From assembly GCF_004010195.1 (NCBI RefSeq), contig NC_057751.1, forward strand, positions 10,224,589 to 10,288,588: a DNA stretch of 64,000 nt, in the 5' to 3' direction. The notes below the pieces were generated by a model. The model saw only the letters and a program-made list of their open reading frames with translations, was not told where the DNA came from and did not search any database. The DNA is from Chiloscyllium plagiosum (lineage: Eukaryota). The number at the start of each line of letters is the position of its first letter. The first letter of the stretch is position 1. The position numbers and the translations under genes were made by a program. Positions 1-13,270 of the stretch are shown here, piece after piece.

Positions 1-244
1 AGAGAAGGAATGATGGGAGACTGTGGTGCATGAGAAATGGCTGCATTTTATAATTGAGAATAGCTATAATGATATATTCAGAAATGTCATTTAAAATCTG
101 AAAGCATGTTCATTTTCTAAAAAAAAAGCTGCCGAAATCTTTCTGAAACTTGCATGGAAGTATGTGCAGTTAGGCTATATCTCAGGATAGACTGTAAGGG
201 GTGAATGGCCTTTTCCTAGTCTTGTGAAATGGGTTCTGACTATG

Positions 245-535
245 TAGAAATACAGTCAGTTGTACAACATGGAAACAAACCCTTTGGTCGGCACCAACCA
301 GATATTCTAAATTAATCTGGTGATCCATTTGCCAGCGCTGGGCCCATATCTCTCAACCCTTCCTATTCATGTATAGATGCCTTTCAGTGTTGTAATTTTA
401 ACAGCCTCCACAACTTCTTTTGGTAGTTCGTTTAATACACGCACCACCCTCTGCCCTTTAGGTCCCTTTTAAACCTTTCCCCTCGTACCCTACACCTATG
501 CCTCTCTAGTTTGGGATTCCTGTACCTGGGGGAAA
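245..535 (-). mobile_element. CR1 LINE 3' end fragment
   Basis: HRCRVRGERFKRDLKG C-terminal ORF2 remnant plus a 3'UTR shared with other CR1 copies in the window. Confidence 0.7.
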
Positions 536-904
536 AAACATACAAAGCCAGAGCAGCCAGACAAAATGGTAAAGGAATAAAATGTCGAGCAGAGGGGGAG
601 AAAATGTGGCTTTTTTTCTCTCCCATTGGCATTTGAACACTCAATTTGTCAGTTAACATCAGCATCTCAACTGAGTATGCTCCTCTGTGCCTGCAAAAAC
701 GTGCCAGTCTTTCCAAGGGCTAAGAGGGTGTTGTGAAGGACCGAAAGTAGTCTTGTCCTCCTGCCAATCAGAGCCTGCCTATTGACAAAATGTTCTCTCT
801 CACTCAATGAAGGTTGAACCTCACCACAGATTACAATTCCCTCTGTCCAACACCTTTCAAAAAGAGTAGGGGTTTCTCAGCAACAATCCCAAACAAGTAG
901 ACAA

Positions 905-1140
905 ACACCTTCATCTGCTTCCCCACTGACCTATTGTACTCTATGCTACTCTCTCCCCACCCCCACCCTCCTCTAGCTTATCTCTCCACGCTTCAGGCTC
1001 TCTGCCTTTATTCCTGATGAAGGGCTTTTGCCCGAAACTTCGATTTTGCCTGTCCTCGGATGCTGCCTGAATTGCTGTGCTCTTCCAGCACCACTGATCC
1101 AGAATCTGGTTTCCAGCATCTGCAGTCATTGTTTTTACCT
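905..1140 (+). mobile_element. Penelope-like pLTR with minimal hammerhead motif at 1014-1041
   Basis: CTGATGA-aGGGC-tttt-GCCC-GAAAC followed by ggatgctgcctga...ccagcatctgcagtc, shared with the pLTRs at 57735-59646. Confidence 0.75.
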
Positions 1141-1149
1141 CCTATCTTG

Positions 1150-1830
1150 TTCTTAAATTTACTCAGTGTCCTAGCATCCACTGCACTCTGGGGTAGTGAA
1201 TTCTACAGATTCATGATCCTTTGAGAGAAATAATTTCTTGTCATCTGTCTTAAATCTATAACCCCTTATCCTTGGACTGTAACCACTAGTTATAGATTGC
1301 CCCATGGGAGGAATCATCGTTTGTACGTTTCCCTGTCAATAACCTTTTGCATCTTAGATCTGAATTAGACCTCCTCTCAAATCTTCAGAATTTGAGATGA
1401 TATGTCTAAACTTCTCAATCCCTCTTTATAAGATAAACGTGACATCTCTGGAATCAATCTAGTGAATTATCTCTGAAATGCCTCTAATGTAATTACATCC
1501 CTCCTCAGGTAAGCGGACTAAAGTTTTTTGTAGTATTCCAGGTGCAGTTTAACAAATGCCTTGTACAGTTGCAGCAACACCTCCCTGCTTTTATACTCTA
1601 TTTCTTTTGCAATAAATGCTGAAATTCCATTTACCTTCCATGTTATTTGCTGTAACTGCATGCCATGTTTCTGCATTCGATGCATGAGGACACCCAGGTC
1701 CCTTTGCACCAAAGCATTCTGAATTTTTTCTCCATTTAACAAATAAGGTGCCTTTATATTCTTCTGACCAAAATGGATAACCTTGCAATTAATGTTTGAT
1801 TTACCAAATTTTGTCCTACTCTCTCAACCG
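1150..1830 (-). mobile_element. CR1 LINE ORF2 C-terminal fragment
   Basis: ORF 1518..1742: LNGEKIQNALVQRDLGVL...EYKSREVLLQLYKAFVKLHLEY. Confidence 0.85.
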
Positions 1831-1992
1831 ATCCAAATCCTTAACCTTTAATTGTAAAGTTAAATGTTGCAGCTGTTTCAAAATTGGTTTTATTAACATT
1901 TTTAGTGCATACCAATTCTTGACAAACAATGAAGTACGTTTGCGAGTAGCTGCTGAAGAAGCAGTCATCAGAACCATTTCCTTCACTTCTAG

Positions 1993-2106
1993 GTTTTCAA
2001 AGAGGAGCCAGGAACAAAGGGACCCTTACTGAAACTCAGTAACACTTTCCAGCAACCTGATAATTTACTGAAGCTCCAGCAGTACATTCAACAATTCTGT
2101 GATTAA
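1993..2106 (+). CDS. GPAT2: Terminal coding exon of glycerol-3-phosphate acyltransferase 2 (rest of gene upstream of window)
   Basis: Acceptor ttccttcacttctag, then VFKEEPGTKGPLLKLSNTFQQPDNLLKLQQYIQQFCD*, which resembles the GPAT2 C-terminus as I recall it (VLQQTPSPAGPRLHLSPTF...KLEQFIRQF). ATTAAA twice at 2102-2113. GPAT2/FAHD2 neighbourhood is known in other vertebrates. Confidence 0.8.
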   Translation, partial: VFKEEPGTKGPLLKLSNTFQQPDNLLKLQQYIQQFCD

Positions 2107-5100
2107 AATTAAAAGAAAAAAAATTGGTAAACAATTTTTCATTACATGTGACTGAACCAGCTGAGAGACTGTATTGAGATTTTTTTGCAGTGACCCATGA
2201 CTACTTTGGTCATCACCTGGCGAAAAGGCCCCCCAGCTTATCTCGGATTAAACATTTCCATGCAGTCCTGCTCTGGACTGCTCCCACCTTCCTGATGTGT
2301 GGAAAGCGAAGTTCAAAACTACATTGTTTTTCACCCCACGTCCTGAATGGTTGAAAATCCAAAGACATTTTTCAAAAAAAACTTTTCATGGGATATGGCT
2401 GTCACTGGCTAGGCCACCATTTATTACCTATCTCAAATGGATCGTAAGAAGGTGGCTTTCAGCTGTCCTCTTGAGTTGGTGCAGTGCTTGTGGTCAAGGC
2501 ACACCCACAGAAGAAACTGGAATCATGATTGTGAGTAAAACCCTTGAATTATCTTGTCATGAGAAAAGTCTTGCAAGTTGTGTGTCAAATGGGCAGAATT
2601 GTATTTCAGCTTGAATGGAAAAAAAATACAATTCTATAAATATTTTTATTGAAAAAATGTTTTGAAATTTTTACAAAAATGTAAAAAATTACCATAAAAC
2701 AATACAACAATCTTAAAATATAACAACAATAACCGTAAACATACTACTACTCTACACCATAAACAATCTAGGAGAAAAATAACTCTACACAAACTGCAAC
2801 TCAATAAATAACTAAGTCAAAACAAAAAGAAACTTAATTAAACTGAGTTGAACCAAGCCAAATTACATTAAATTACGTTAAGTTACAACACTCGGTGCAA
2901 TTCCACCAAAGCTCCCCATCACAGGGAGCATTAGTTGACATACCCATATTTATTCAGAATTCTTGTTCCCAGGGGCTGCCAGGCACAGCCCTCATAGCTA
3001 CACAACGGCCCTAACCAATATAGCAGATAAGTTTGCATCTATGTGGTTCGAAAAGGGCCACCACGTCCTGTAAAAATGTTCTGTTTTCTGGTGCACCATA
3101 ATTGTAAAGAAATGCTCCATAACTAAACGACATCATCCAGAGAGTCCTGGAGGAATTTTGGATACTCAGCTCATCAGAATGTCCTTCCTCGTACAAATGA
3201 AAGAATACTAAACAATTTCTTCCCATGCGCGTCCAAACAGGGGGGATTCAGCCAACCCAAGAGGAGGGACACTGGATCAACTTTGACCTCTGTTCCCAAG
3301 ACCCTTCCAAAACATTCATTAAAGCGCCCCAATACCTATGAAGCTTGTCGCATGACCACAGACAATGACTAAGAGTAACTGCCTCTATTTTACATTTGTG
3401 GCACATTGGGAAAGCTCCTGCCTTAAATTTTGCAAACTGCTCCAGTGCCAAATAAACACTGTGGAGTACCTTCAACTATGTAGCCTGTGTCCTATTGCAA
3501 ATCGAAATCTTCCTTGCGTTCTCCCAAATATCTTTCCACTTCTCTGGTGAGATCTCCACAACCAATTTCTGAGCTCTATGTCCGGCAAGACACTACCTCC
3601 GCATAAATGATAAAGGGTGCTGAGCGAGAGAGTGCCCGTAGACCGAAGCGTGCTCCTCTCCGACTTAGAGGGACTAACCATAAATGTAGTCTTTTTCAGT
3701 ATAAGGTCCCTAATCTGAAAGTAACCAAAGACGTCCCTCCCAGATAGCTCATATTTTGGCTCAGCTGCTTGAAAGCCATCATGACCTCCCCATCAAATAA
3801 GTCTCCCAAGCAGGAAACTCCTCAACTCCCAGAGCCTAAATCTGGAATCCGTCGATCCTGGCCATAATCCTACCAATCCTGCTTTGGGAGTAAAAGGGGA
3901 AGTTTTTTTGTCAATTGCCCTCACTTTGTCGCACTGTTCTCCATGCTTTAACTGTGTTAAGGACAAGTGGATTTCTGCAATGGTCCATAACAGTCCGCAT
4001 CTTGTCCATGAACAACAGATTAACTAGGGGACATTTTGCCTGGGAGGCCTCAATGTCCAGCCAAATTGACTGTGGGTCCTGGCAAGTCCAATCAGCCACA
4101 TAGGATAGCAGGGAATTTAGTTGTATTTCTTAAAGTCTGGAAAATTCCCCCCCGGCCAAATCCCCTGTGGAAGCTGCAATTTGGCAAACTTAATAAGAGC
4201 CCGCCTGTGACGCCAGATAAAAGAGCCGAGCCAACTGTTAAGCCTCTGTAGCGCCTGCCTGGGCAGCATCAAAGGGAGCATTCGCATGGGATGTAATAAA
4301 GGAGGAAGAACATTCGTTTTAACCCAAGCGATTCTACCTAACCAAGATATTGGAAGATCCTCCCAGTGCCAAAGGCCCTGTCTTATTTTCTCTTGCAACT
4401 GCACAAAGTTAGCTTTATATAATTGATTGAAGGCCAGGGTGGTAAAACTGCTTAAATATAAGAAGCCTTCCTGTGACCATCTGAACGGGAATCTGATCAG
4501 GTACTTGAATAAGACCCCAACAGGCATGGCTTCCAATTTCATAAAATTGATTTTATACCCAAGAAAGAGCAAAATAAGTTCATCACTTATATTAAATGGG
4601 GCACAGGAAGCGTTGGCTTAGGTAGAAAGAGAAGAACATCATCCACGTAAAGAGTGTTCTTATGCCTTCCTGATCTGACCTCTGGGGCAGTTATATTGGG
4701 GTCCGTCTGCCTACGGCTCAATCACCAATCTAAATAGCAACGGGCTGCCTCTGCCAATGCTAAAGTTGTCAGATCTTATACCATTAGTGAGAACTGCAAT
4801 TTAGGTTCACAATATAACACTGCCACCCAGCTGTCAAAGCCCCTTCTAAGGTCACACCATTCCAGGACATAACAGGTATAGCCACTCCACCTGGTCAAAT
4901 GCTTTCTCTGCATTCAGGGAGACCACCAAGCCCGGAATTGAACCTTGCTGGCACACCTGAATAATGTTTAGCACTCTACTAATGTTATTAGAGGATCTGC
5001 AACCCCGAATAAAACCTGTCTGGTCCTCCTTTGCAGTGAAGGGCAAGACCTACTCCAGCCTCAAAGTCAGCATTTTCAACTTAAGTTTTAAAGTCCACAT

Positions 5101-7007
5101 TTAATATCGATATGGGCATATACGAAGTGCAATCCTCTGGGACTTTCCCTTTCTTGAATTTGAGAGATATTTGCTTCTCTCAGGATGGGAGGCAGTCCTG
5201 ACTACACGAATAATTGTACGTATCCAACATTGGCCCGGCCAGCATGCCTATGCACTCCTTACAAAACTCACTCCGAAATCCATCTAGGCTGGGTGTTTTA
5301 CCACTGTGGAGCTGCCTCACTGCATCCCGTATCTCTTGGATTGTCAAAGGGGCATTCAAAAGAGATCTCTGCTCCGAACTTAGACCTGGGAGGTCCAAGA
5401 TCTTAAAAAAGGATTCCACCTTCACCAATCTATCCTCTCAGCTCTCCAAACGGTGCAACTCAGAGTAAAACTTCCTGAATGCTGCATTAATCTTTTTGGG
5501 ATTGCAAGTGATAGTAGCAGCACACACTCTAACTGATGTGATAGATTGGGGGACACTCTTCTTCCTGGCCAAATTCGCCAAATATCTACCCAGTTTATCA
5601 CCAAACTTGAATAACCTCTGCTTCACAAAGGAAATCTCCCTCTTTGCTGTCTGGTTGAGTGCATCATTCAGAGCAGCCGGGAGAGCTGTAATCCGCTGCA
5701 ACTCAGTGACAGCCGGTCTATCAAAATATGCTGTCTCAGCTGCCTTCAGCCAAGTCTTGAGCATACACTGCTGCTGTTGCTTCTGCCGCTTCGGAGTCGC
5801 CGAGTAAGAAATAGTTAAACCCCTTGCATAGCCCTTGACAATCTCCCAGAGCACTGACTGACTACTAGCTGTACCCGAATTAATGTTCCAGAAAATTTTA
5901 AATTCCCACGAAAAATACTGAATGAACTCACTATCTTTCAGGAGGAAAGGATCCATGTGCGAGCCTGTCCCATCGCCACTGGCCTTAGCCTCCATGGACA
6001 CTGCCGCATGATCAGAAATGGCCATGTTCCTACCTCTGTAGGACAACACAGAGTTCAAAAAGGCTGATGGGGCAAAAAACCTGTCAATCTTAATATAGCA
6101 CTTGCGTGGATTAGAAAAAAGGTGAAGTCCCTACCCTCATGGTGAAGACATTTCCACACATCCATCAACCCCAGCTACCTTTTCAGGTCCACCAGCTGCA
6201 TGGATTGCGGGGATATACCTGTGAGACCTCTCGGCATCCTATCCACCTCGGTTGATAAGTCGGTTAAAGGATCCCCCTCTAATTGTGTGATGTGTCCCAA
6301 GGGCGCTCAACCTGGAGAGTGCATCCGTTAAGAATTTGAGAGGGTGTGCTGGGGGCAACATATATTCCAGATCTCATATACCTCTCCATGCATTGAAGCT
6401 TTGAGGATCAGAAACCACCCACATTCATCCTTAATTTGGTCGAACAACTGAAATGGTAGATTCTTCTGAATGAGTACAGCTGCTACTCTGCTTTTCAAAT
6501 TAAAGGATGAACAAAACACCCAGCCAAACCCTCCCTGCTGTCACTTTAAGTGCTCCTTAACGGTTCTATGTGTTTCTTGCAGCAAAGCTATATCGACCCT
6601 TTCCTTTCTGAGGCTTGAAAGTATCTTTTCTTAATCGGTGAGTGACTCCCCTTAACGTTCAAGGTGCATCATTTAAACAAGTGGTTAGCCATAGCCATCT
6701 GAAGCAGCCCCTTAACATCCCCCTTTTCGCCCCCCCGCCCAGGAGGAAGAACCCCATTTATAGTGCATCGAGTGAAAACAGTCAGTTCATATATACTTGA
6801 AAATACAACTAAAGAAACTATCAGATCAAAACTTCTAACAACTATTTATACAATGAACTAACATATAACACAAATAAAAGGAGACTTTCCCTATTGTCCA
6901 CAGGGGTTGCTCATACTACCCAATTACCCCTCCATGGTTCCTTCTAGCTGAAGCCGCGTCCCAAACCCAGGCAAAACAAAGTATGTAAAAGTCACACTTA
7001 TCTTTTA

Positions 7008-7143
7008 GTTTAGATTAGATTACTTAGTGCGGAAACAGGCCCCTCAGCCTAACAAGTCCACACCGACCCGCCGAAGCACAACCCACCCAGACCCATTCCC
7101 CTACATTTACCCATTCACCTACATTTACCCATTCACCTAACAC
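7008..7143 (-). mobile_element. 5'-truncated HE1-like SINE inside the L1 inter-ORF region
   Basis: ttagattagatt tail plus ggaaacaggccc...aacaagtccacaccga, matching the full copy at 15065-15390. Confidence 0.8.
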
Positions 7144-7483
7144 TTCAACCCATCTCATCCATACTTTGACCCACCCTGTACTTAAAAAAAAAAAGAGAAA
7201 AATAAGGGAATGACAGAAGAACAAGGGATAACGGGAAAGCAGAAAAAAGGGAGAGGAGAGAGAAAGAGGAAAAACAAGGAAGACCCCCACATATTAAAAA
7301 GATAAAACTAGGTAAACCACGAAACTTTCGGGAAAAAAACAAAGTGAACATGATTGTCCATATTATTTGAGGCAGCCAGTCTATTTTAAGTTGTCCAGGA
7401 AGTCCTTTGCCTTTTCCGATGAGTCAAAATTAAACACGGACCCTCCGTGGCTGAAATGTAATATTGCCCGACATCTTGCAGAG

Positions 7484-7659
7484 CTGAAAATGTGTTGCTG
7501 TAAAAGCGCAGCAGGTCAGGCAGCATCCAAATTCCTGAAGAAGGGCTCATGCCCGAAACGTTGATTCTCCTGCTCCTTGGATGCTGCCTGACCTGCGCTT
7601 TTACAGCAACACATTTTCAGCTCTGATCTCCAGCATCTGCAGTCCTCACTTTCTCCTCG
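7484..7659 (+). mobile_element. Fold-back Penelope pLTR mini-insertion with hammerhead motif (7535-7562) inside L1 ORF1
   Basis: 14-bp TSD gacatcttgcagag (7470-7483, 7660-7673); inverted arms 7481-7530 and 7577-7623. Confidence 0.88.
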
Positions 7660-9689
7660 GACATCTTGCAGAGTACTGAATGTTGAAGTCCTTCAGCCTC
7701 CATTTTACCTCATCAAAGGCCTTCCTCTTATGGATCACAGCCGCAGAAAAATCTTGAAAGAACATAATCCTTTATATATCAGGGCCTGTGGATCCTTCCC
7801 CATGCTCTAGCAGCTTCCAGCACCATTTGCTTGTCTTGCTATTGGTGGATTGCACTAGGACCAGGCAAGGGCACTAGTCTGACCAGGGCCTGCACACTGC
7901 AATCCGGTGGGCCCGCTCGACCCGCACCCAGTCTGTCCCGACTTGCAGCCTCAAAACCTGCGGGGGCCATTGCTCCAAGAAGCTGATCAGCTGGCCTCCC
8001 TTTTCCTGCTCTGGCAGCCCGATCAGGCAGATATTCTCTGACTGCCTCAATTTTCAAGGTCTTCGACCTGTTCAACTGAGGCTGTACCTGCCATTGCAGG
8101 GCCTGGACCTGGCCCTCTGAAGATTCCACCGTGATTTTGGAAGGCGCAGCTAGCTGCTCCACCTCCACGCCGAGATGCTGGATCTCCTGATCATGCTTTT
8201 GTAGCATAGCCGAGGTCAGTTCCTGCCTAGTCCGAGTCTTCTCCATCGCTGAAATGATCTTCTGAGTTTTACAAACTCTGAGGCTGTGCTCCACAGGTAA
8301 ATCCACAGGAGTGTTCATGGAGGCTGCGGACGTGACTGGAACTGCAGGGGAGTGCCCTTATCATTGCAATCCTCCCAGTCCTTTTCTCTTAGTCATTTTT
8401 CTTTAAAAAAAAAAGCACTGAAACTAATTAATAACAGTTCTAGCGGTCTAAAACCAGCGATTTACACCACAATTGGGTAAAAAGGGAGGGTGAATGCACC
8501 ACTTTTTTGGATTTCTGAGCAGAGCCTAGGAGGGCAGACCGCCTGGATTGCCACCATCTTGGATCTCAAATACAACTCTTTAATTTCACTGGTAGTTCCC
8601 TTTCCCTTATGTTATTTCAATACTGAAATAAAATGAGGTGATCAATACGTGAGTGAAAACAGTCTTCCATGTCTGTTCTTAATGGAAATATCAGTGTTGA
8701 AAGCTCAGCCATGGTGCTACTTGTTTCAAATCAAAATTAGAGTTCTTGAGAGCTGTACCTAATGAATCTCACAGGGTAATGTATACTTTATTTGATGAGT
8801 AAAAGTAACTTTGTTTATCTCACTCTTTCCCTCCTTATTTGCCCATTATTGCATCTCTTTCTGAAGAGAACTCAAACCTTGCACGCATTCTCAGCACAGA
8901 AACTCAAATCCTGGAATGAAGTTGGGACTTTCCGGTCTTCGTGGTTCATATATCCACCAAATCAGTTTGCTTTCAAAATTTCGATAACACGTTAGAGTTT
9001 AAGGGCGGCTTGTTAAAATGCTTTGGATTTATGTGCATTTTTAAGATGGTTCTCTTGTGATGGCTTTTCACAGATGAGGTCTAATACATAGCAGATGCTG
9101 AGCTACTAATGTAACACATATCTTAAACTTATAGACATGGTATAAACTGGAAAATAAAGGTCATACCTATTTTTAAATCATTGAGATTTATCAAAGAGGA
9201 TTTGCAATTGTTTATAAGTTTTGGGCACCCTGCACTGTGTGACTTTGCTTTAGTAATTGTCAGAGAAACCCATTAGATGCTTAGTTAAACTGACTGATGA
9301 GTAATAGCTGGACTTAACCTGACAACCTTTCTTGATCAAGGTCTTAATGTTTGTAATTCCAATCTTCTAATTCTTCTGACTCAAAGGAAGATTGAAACAA
9401 TAGGGCCAGTGCTCCTGCATTCTCCATCCTCACTTCCTGCAAAATCCTTGGATACATCTCATTGGTCCCAGTTCTTTGTCAGCTTTGGATATCAACATCT
9501 GTGCAACCCTTCCTGATTACATTTTGAACCATCTGATGACAGAGTTTACTCCTATGTCGCCATGGCATGGGTAGCATCTCTCTCTTTGGTAAAGACAGAT
9601 GCAAAGTATTCATGTAACAACTCAGCCATGCCCATTGCTTCCCTCTTTGCCATTTGAGATCACTAATTAGCTGTAATTCTCCCTTTTTT

Positions 9690-10640
9690 TTTATTCACTC
9701 ATGGGGCATGGACATCGCTAGCTGGTGAGCCTTTTTTTCCATTCCCAGTTGCCCTTGAGAAGGTGATGGTGGTGATCTTCTTTCTTGAATTGTTGCTGAT
9801 TTAGGTTGACCACAATACCCTTAGGGAATTTGATGCAGTGACAGTGAAGGAACAGCAATATATTTCCAACTCAGGAAGGTGAGTGGCTTGGAGGGCAACA
9901 TTCCCATGTTATCTGCCCTTGACCTTCCAGGTGGAAGTGGTCATGGGTTTGGAAGGTGCTGTCGAAGGATCTTGGGTGATTTTCTATAATACATCTTAAA
10001 AATCGTATACACTAATGCTATTGGGCCTTGGAAGTGGGAGCAGGAACAGCTTGTATATCTGGTACCAAACAGTGGAATGCTTTGTCCTGGATAATATCAA
10101 GCTTCTTGCGTGTTGTTGGGACTACCCATCCAGGCAAGTAAGAAGATTTTCATCCTTGTAGATGATGGACAGGCTTTGAGGAGTCAGGAGATTGAGTCAA
10201 CTGTTGCAGTAGTCTGGCCTCTGACCTGCTCTTAATAGCCACTGTTTGTGGTGAGTTCAGTTGAGTTTCTGGTCAATGATAACTTCGAGGATGTTCATAG
10301 TCGGGGATTTAGTGATGGTAATATCACTAACTGTCAAGTGTCAATGGTCAGATTGTCTCTTGGAGGTGATCACTGCCTTGCATTTCTGTGGCACAAATGT
10401 TACTTACCACTTGTCAGCCCAGGCCTGAATGTTGTCCAGATCTTGATGTATTTGAACATGGACTTGATGAACATTGTGCAATCATCAGCAACATTCCCAA
10501 TTCTGACCTTATTACAGAGGGAAGGTAAAGAATGATGAAGCAACTGAAGATGCTTGGACAGAGGACACTACTCTGAGGAACTTAATGCAGAGATGTCAGA
10601 GATGACTGATGCCCAACAACCACAACCATGTCCCTGTGTA
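9690..10640 (-). mobile_element. 3' part of a second non-LTR family (CR1/L2 group)
   Basis: Tail cccagttgcccttgagaaggtgatggt is shared with copies near 2385, 35740 and 55480; decayed RT remnants. Confidence 0.6.
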
Positions 10641-10649
10641 CCATTTGCC

Positions 10650-11760
10650 ATATGCAGATTTGTAACTCTGTAAGCTTTACAAACTCCACCAAGCAATGTA
10701 ATTTTATCCTTTTTGTTTCTTTGCGCTAGGCAAATCAATTCTGTCCTTGAACACACTGTGACATTCTCTGTCTCTATCAATGCAGTGGTTCTTAAAAAAA
10801 CAGTGACCCCTCAACTTTGCTTCATGTCATGTTGTTACTTCACGCCTTGTACCCAGGAACATTTCACATGCAGCCTTGCTCTAGAGCAAGGTCTCTGTTC
10901 ACATCTCACATCTCAAAATTTCCAGTCTAATTCCAGTCTCATTTAGTGTACACCACACATTCACATGGATGCACGTTAATTCTGACTTCAACTTTACTTT
11001 CTCCCTTACTCAGACTTCACCTATTAACCTGGCGTTCTCTTTGCTAGCTCTTGCTGTATCTCGAAGCATTTGTCGACACGAGGTATTTTTTGACATTGTT
11101 AACTCTATTTGCATCCCCCTGCCAAATGAGTTTAAAGCCCTTCCAGTACTAGTAAAATGCCCCTCTCTGTCTTGGCTTCGTTATGTAATCTTTCTGGCTT
11201 GCAGAAGTACTATCTTGTACAGAATCATTCCCAGAGATCCAGGAATATAAAACTCTCCCTTCTGCATCATTTTTGCAGCTACAAATACATTTAACTTATT
11301 CTCCTGTTTCTGCAATCCCTTGTGCATGTGTGAGGCATAATTGGCCATCAGTGCATTTGAGGCCCTGCTTGCTAACTTCTTATCCAGCTCCCTAAATTTT
11401 GATTGCAAGAGTCATCTCACCACCTTTTATCTAATTCATTGGGATCAACACAGAATATGACCTCTGGCTGTGCAACCTTCCCCAGAAGAAATTCCTTGAC
11501 ACTGGCACCATGCAGGAATTGCATTGTCAGCTCCAAAAACACCTATTATCTGAACAAATCATAGAGTCATAGAGATGTACAGCATGGAAAAAGACCCTTC
11601 TGTCACTGTTGCTCCTCTCTTCTCCCTCCTGTCCTGTAAAGCGGAGTTGCATGTGGTGTCAAAATGCGGCTATGACTGCACTCCATGAAGGAACCTGCAC
11701 CCTCATCAATTATGAAATTGAAAACTGAAATGTGCTCAGGACCCTGGTGACTACTTGCCT
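10650..11760 (-). mobile_element. Old CR1 fragment (ORF1 SGNH / endonuclease region)
   Basis: MQSKFRELDKKLASRAS and ITLLGGVC remnants resemble the other CR1 ORF1/EN copies here. Confidence 0.55.
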
Positions 11761-11880
11761 ATTTCTCTTAGACTGCCTGAATGTACATAATCTTATTTAC
11801 TCATTCAGTATAAAACTTCCTTTCAGTTAAATTTACATCCCTGACCCTACTGGGAATAATTACAATAATTTCTTATAATG

Positions 11881-12465
11881 TGTTATGGACTAGACCAGAT
11901 CCCTCAAAACATTTTGAGGAAGTAGCCTGGACCCTAGTTGTTATAAGTAGGTACAGAGTGGATATTCCAGGAGTGATGCAGCTGGCCTAACTACTTGGTT
12001 TTAAACAAAACAGAATTTATTTGCAAGATTACAAATAAAACACAAACAGAAGAGAACCAAATATAAAATAACTTAACCTATTTGAAAACCCAACAGATTA
12101 TCCCAACCTAATGATGCTGTTCCAAATTCTTGCAACAATTCCCATAAAATTCCTTTGGAAAAAAAGGTAAAAACAAACACTGTCTCAGAGGAGAGATGTC
12201 AGAGAGAGGGAGGATCAGCATAGACCTGCTTCTTTGGGTCCAGCAGCTTCAAAACTGACTACTTGCTGAAACCAAACCAAACCAGAGAGAAGCTGAGCTG
12301 GGAGAATGGGCCACTCCACTTTAATTTTCCGGGAGTTTTTTTATAAACTTTAAAGCTTCCCCAAGTAGATCAATCCAGATATTTCGGAACCTGTGTCTTT
12401 GTGACCCTCCTGGAAAAATAAAACCAAGGACAACATAACCTTGTTAAAGGAGCAACATAATCACA
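11881..12465 (-). mobile_element. Solo LTR (Gypsy-like)
   Basis: TG...CA termini, imperfect 4-bp flanks aatg/aata; reverse-complement homolog of 37170-37788. Confidence 0.7.
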
Positions 12466-12609
12466 AATAGCCCTGATTTTGACAAGCTCCTGTTTCTCAG
12501 TTCATCCCACCTTTCAAAAACATCACTTGTAATCACAAGCCAGCCAACAGTACACTTCACTGTGTGAAAATCCTTGTTGATTTTTCATTTACTTCTATTG
12601 TTTTGTCAC

Positions 12610-13270
12610 AACTTCTCGCAGTTGTGGGAGGAGAGGAGGCGGCCATAATGGGTGCAGTAAGGGGGTGGGGTAGCCAGGCTTTACAGCCTGGTCTTCGCTG
12701 GGCCCCTCTGCCTCAAGGCCTGTGCTGCCGACTCTGTTTGCCAACACCACCCTGTCCTGGCCAGTGTCCAGAGATAGGCTGTTTGACTCCTGCATGAGGT
12801 GCTGGCTGCTTTGGCATGGTGGGCACAGCCTGGAGTTTGTGCCTAGTTTGGGACCCAGTAGCTTCAGCAGAGGCTGCATCAACCCAGTGCTGGCTCATGG
12901 CAGCCATGACATTGGTCAAAGCAAGATGTCGAAGAATGATGGCATGATTCCAGTGGAAATGGCATGGCTGCACAACGTGGTTGGGCCCCGTCTATCTGAC
13001 TGTGGTAGTGTCCCGGCTGCGGCAGCATATGGGTACTCGGGGTACCTGAGTGTTTGTTGACTGTGAGGGGATGGACTTTGTGACTTTGTTTTACTGGTTG
13101 TGAGGACTGATGGCAGTGGTGGGGGACTGATCTGGATTTTGTTATGGCTGTATCTTTTTATTTCTTTTATTAATCCTGTCTTCTGTATACTCAGGAGAAT
13201 GGTAACCTTGTGCACTTCTCAATATTCTAGTACTCAAGTATATGTGACAGTAAAATCTAAAATTTAAAAC
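12610..13270 (+). repeat. Unclassified GC-rich interspersed repeat with LINE-like 3' tail
   Basis: Abrupt GC shift; ends in gtgacagtaaaatctaaaat, a tail-like sequence; no recognisable ORF. Confidence 0.3.

Larger units (their letters stand above)
2636..8567 (-). mobile_element. Full-length decayed L1-clade LINE (ORF1 about 8396-7381, ORF2 about 6692-3011)
   Basis: ORF1 FQDFSAAVIHKRKAF and FNFDSSEKAKDFL; endonuclease start TLNVKG and AISDH; RT DQTGFIRG, SLNAEKAFDQVEW, LYVDDVL; CCHC motif CHKC...HCLWSC; minus-strand AATAAA about 2645-2650; TSD aaatacaattct 2624-2635 / aaatacaactct 8568-8579. Many stops and frameshifts. Confidence 0.92.

Noticed and set aside
2210..2290. Minus-strand peptide ...IRDKLGGLFAR resembling the internal GPAT2 KLGGLF motif
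   Set aside because: Immediately followed by stops, wrong strand relative to the GPAT2 last exon, and no flanking similarity; likely chance.
8924..8933. Perfect NF-kB site GGGACTTTCC
   Set aside because: Isolated 10-mer with no promoter context; the same sequence also occurs inside the L1 near 5139.
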